This document shows, one piece after another, positions 61,432 to 64,000 of a stretch of 64,000 bases of DNA (positions are counted from its first letter, which is position 1; the number at the start of each line of letters is the position of its first letter). The notes beneath the pieces were generated by a model that was not told the DNA's origin, made no database searches, and saw nothing but the letters and a program-made list of their open reading frames with translations. Location: contig JBFMFO010000007.1 of NCBI GenBank assembly GCA_040754095.1, positions 3,121 to 67,120 of the forward strand, in the 5' to 3' direction. The position numbers and the translations under genes are program-made. The stretch comes from Thermodesulfobacteriota bacterium (GTDB taxonomy: Bacteria > Desulfobacterota > QYQD01).

Positions 61432-61458
61432 TAAAGAAAAACAGCGGAATGCCGATAA
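61432..61458 (+). promoter_or_regulatory. sigma-28 (FliA) promoter
   Basis: Exact TAAA-N15-GCCGATAA, 48 bp upstream of the cytochrome start. Confidence 0.7.
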
Positions 61459-61506
61459 GAAAATAGAATCGTTAATCAACAGTCTAATCCATAAATAAGG
61501 ACAATA

Positions 61507-62511
61507 GTGAAAACGGCATCCCGCTGGTTGATAATACCTGCGCTATGGACTTATTTCACATGGGTAAGTCCCGGTGCAATGGCTTTAGATACCAATTGTG
61601 ACAACTGCCATGCCTCTTACAAGGCCGTAGTTATGAAAGGCACACAGGATCAAGGTGCAGGGCATTGTACCCGGTGCCACACGGCCATACAGACAGGCAA
61701 TACCGGCAAGGCCGGATCAACCCCTTATGTTTATCATAATACCGGGACAGACTTAGCCGGCGGCAATTTCTATCATGTCGGCCTCCACGGCAACCGTCAT
61801 GGCCATAACGTGGATGGGTTTACGGATATAGGGCCTGATACTATTAATGCGCCGGGACTAAACAACCCCTCCTTAAATTTCACTGGCGTCCGGCTTACAT
61901 GCGCCGGTAAATATGGCTGCCATGGCGACCGTACCAATATCTCTCCACGCGAAGCCATGAAGGGGGCCCACCATGCCTACAACCCTGCCAAACCGTCCGA
62001 TGGAAAGACGGTAGCGACAAGTTACCGGTTTCTGTTTGGAGTTACCGGAAGGGAAATGAACGAAGACGGCTACAAATGGGAATACAAGCCTGCCGCTGAT
62101 AAGCATAACGAATACCAAGGATCTGATAACTGGCGTGATCCAAAGAGCATAAGTTATTTATGCAGTCAATGCCATGGCAGCGATGCCCTGGGCGAGAGTA
62201 GTGGCAACTTTCACGGTGCGGCCGGCACCGGGGGCAAGGGCCCCTGGTTAAGACACCCGACAGACGTCCCCATCCCGGACGGGGAATTCTCCGGTTATAC
62301 GGAATATAACCCGGTTGTGCCCGTTGCCAGACTGGATCTCGATCGTGCAAGAAATCCGTCAGAAGTGAACGTCTCGTCAGGCAATGAGGTGGTGATGTGC
62401 CTGTCCTGTCACCGTGCCCACGGTTCGCCCTATCCGAGTATCCTCCGCTTCGCTTACGACGAAAACATGTCCGCTTCAGGCTCTTGTCGCACCTGTCACC
62501 GCAATCACTAA
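61507..62511 (+). CDS. second OmcS-like exported hexaheme cytochrome c
   Basis: CDNCH, CTRCH, GGNFY, GHNV, CAGKYGCH, SYRFL, CSQCH, RHPTD, CLSCHRAHGS, CRTCH. Clear paralog of 10587-11705. Confidence 0.88.
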   Translation: MKTASRWLIIPALWTYFTWVSPGAMALDTNCDNCHASYKAVVMKGTQDQGAGHCTRCHTAIQTGNTGKAGSTPYVYHNTGTDLAGGNFYHVGLHGNRHGHNVDGFTDIGPDTINAPGLNNPSLNFTGVRLTCAGKYGCHGDRTNISPREAMKGAHHAYNPAKPSDGKTVATSYRFLFGVTGREMNEDGYKWEYKPAADKHNEYQGSDNWRDPKSISYLCSQCHGSDALGESSGNFHGAAGTGGKGPWLRHPTDVPIPDGEFSGYTEYNPVVPVARLDLDRARNPSEVNVSSGNEVVMCLSCHRAHGSPYPSILRFAYDENMSASGSCRTCHRNH

Positions 62512-62636
62512 GAACTGCTTGCCACGAATTGACACGAATAAACTCGAATAGATAGAAGCCCTTTTATAGCATCTTCATCGCGTCTGTTTTATTTGTATAA
62601 TTTGTGTACATTCGTGTGTATTCGTGGCTAACACAT

Positions 62637-63257
62637 CTAAATCGGTATTTGATTCTTCAGCACGATGGCATATACCCTGTGTTGGAAAGGATGTACCTGG
62701 GGAAACTTTTCAAACAGCCAGCCCTCAAAAACGTTCTTATTGTCTTCGTAAATGATTATCTGCGCAGCCGGGTTTTTGGATTCATTAGAAAGTGATGTTA
62801 TACCCTGAGGAGACATGGAAAAATCAGGCAGAAAATTTAACACCTTAATTTTTATCTTACTATTAGGAAGTGTGAAATCCTTGTCAATCCCCACCACATA
62901 ATCCTTTTTTTCGTTCGTCTGTTTGTTGACCACGGCTATCACAACCGCTTTCCATCTGCCCTGTACCTCCCGGGGGACAATCACCGGTGCGTGGCCCTTC
63001 ATAACCGGCTTTGTCTCAGGTTTTTGCTCGCCTCTCTGGATGGCTTCAAGCATCTCCTTCGGGAACTGTTTTCCCATGTCCGGGGGCATCTGCCCTTGCC
63101 CGTCTGGAGCAGGTTCGGGCATAGACGGTTCAAACGGCATTGCGGACTTCTCTTGCGCCGTTTTCATATCTTCCTTTTTCTGACACCCGCCGACCACCAA
63201 AATCCCTCCAGCAATGAGTGGAACTGCAAGCATCCCGATTTTTTTAAACGTTTTCAT
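62637..63257 (-). CDS. lipoprotein, DUF2155-like
   Basis: Lipobox VGGC, Pro/Met linker, C-terminal FLPDF...NPAA...FEGWLF...HPFQH. Confidence 0.75.
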   Translation of the reverse strand: MKTFKKIGMLAVPLIAGGILVVGGCQKKEDMKTAQEKSAMPFEPSMPEPAPDGQGQMPPDMGKQFPKEMLEAIQRGEQKPETKPVMKGHAPVIVPREVQGRWKAVVIAVVNKQTNEKKDYVVGIDKDFTLPNSKIKIKVLNFLPDFSMSPQGITSLSNESKNPAAQIIIYEDNKNVFEGWLFEKFPQVHPFQHRVYAIVLKNQIPI

Positions 63258-63283
63258 TATCCTGTGCCCTCCGCATTAGTATA

Positions 63284-63324
63284 AAACCCCTCCCGCGGCT
63301 TAACTAGAACTACGGGAGGGGTTT
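63284..63324 (-). terminator. stem-loop, possible intrinsic terminator
   Basis: AAACCCCTCCCG / CGGGAGGGGTTT 12-bp stem. Confidence 0.45.
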
Positions 63325-63478
63325 AAAATTTATTTGCCACGAAGACACGAAGCCACCACGAAGGAATTCGTGAATGGCTTTGTGGTTACTAATTCAATTT
63401 GATCTTTTTGTGTCTTGGTGCCTTTGTGGCTAAAATTTCCTTGCCGTCTTGGCAAGAATTTAACTCTTAAGTTACTAA

Positions 63479-64000
63479 CTATTGCTCCAACCGGCCAGCC
63501 GGGATAAAAACCTGCAGGCGATTATTATCGGCGTCAACTATAAACAGGCGGTAATCAGAAGCCACTTCTATCCGGTAGGGGAATATGAACTTCCCCTCCT
63601 TCCAGCCTTTTTCGCCTATCTCCCCCTGCCAGGTTCCGTTTCGGTCCAGGAGTACGATTTGATGCCGGTGAGAATCCAGGAGGTAAATGCGCCCCTGTCC
63701 ATCCACAGCTATGTCCACCGGAAATTCGGTTTCTCCGCGAAGATCCCCGCGCTTGCTAAATTTGCTGATAATCTTCCCTTCTTTATCAAAGAAATAGACT
63801 ATACCACGCTGGGCCTCAAGCGCGACTATGTTACCCTCCTTAGCAACTGCTACCGCTGAAAATCCCGTGAACGTCGGTTCAGGAGGATTTATGTGGAGCT
63901 TATACGTTAGATTGCCATCAAAAATGTAAATTCTCTGGTTCCCTTGATCCACGACATAGAGATTGTCCTTATCATCTAAGGCCAGGCTAGTAGGCCAAAA
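63479..64000 (-). CDS. NHL-repeat protein, 3' part (runs off the window)
   Basis: FPVDIAVDGQGRIYLLD, GKFIFPYRIEV...VDADNNRLQVF. The frame stays open to the window edge. Confidence 0.85.
   Translation of the reverse strand, partial: FWPTSLALDDKDNLYVVDQGNQRIYIFDGNLTYKLHINPPEPTFTGFSAVAVAKEGNIVALEAQRGIVYFFDKEGKIISKFSKRGDLRGETEFPVDIAVDGQGRIYLLDSHRHQIVLLDRNGTWQGEIGEKGWKEGKFIFPYRIEVASDYRLFIVDADNNRLQVFIPAGRLEQ

Overview
This 64-kb window looks like chromosome from a Desulfobacterota (deltaproteobacterial) anaerobe, inferred from gene content and order. It has four parts. (1) 1-12 kb, accessory and envelope genes: a partial chemoreceptor-like sensor, a secreted helical protein, a porin, a ferredoxin, cstA, an NHL beta-propeller, and an octaheme plus an OmcS-like hexaheme cytochrome. 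(2) 12-48 kb, housekeeping: radical SAM, rng, coaD, rsmD, fba, asd, leuBDCA, pssA, psd, ilvCNB, tsaB, rseP, dxr, cdsA, uppS, frr, pyrH, tsf, rpsB, argJ, secA, argA, SPOR, argS, alr. (3) 48.3-54.6 kb, a Type III-like restriction-modification locus. An AT-rich kinase-like HATPase plus STAS gene pair sits between mod and res, and the 5' end of mod is frameshifted. (4) 55-64 kb: cNMP-PilZ, selA, degenerate GGDEF-TPR, GAF, gap, a second OmcS-like cytochrome, a DUF2155-like lipoprotein and a partial NHL gene. Many intergenic gaps carry nested non-autonomous repeats: GTAG REP doublets, AAATCCG heptamer arrays, CACAGAG arrays, MITEs, and an IS200/IS605-like PATE seen at both empty and filled sites. 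One palindrome family is inserted in-frame inside proteins. I found no transposase, tRNA, rRNA or CRISPR array. All homology calls come from motif recognition only; no searches were run.
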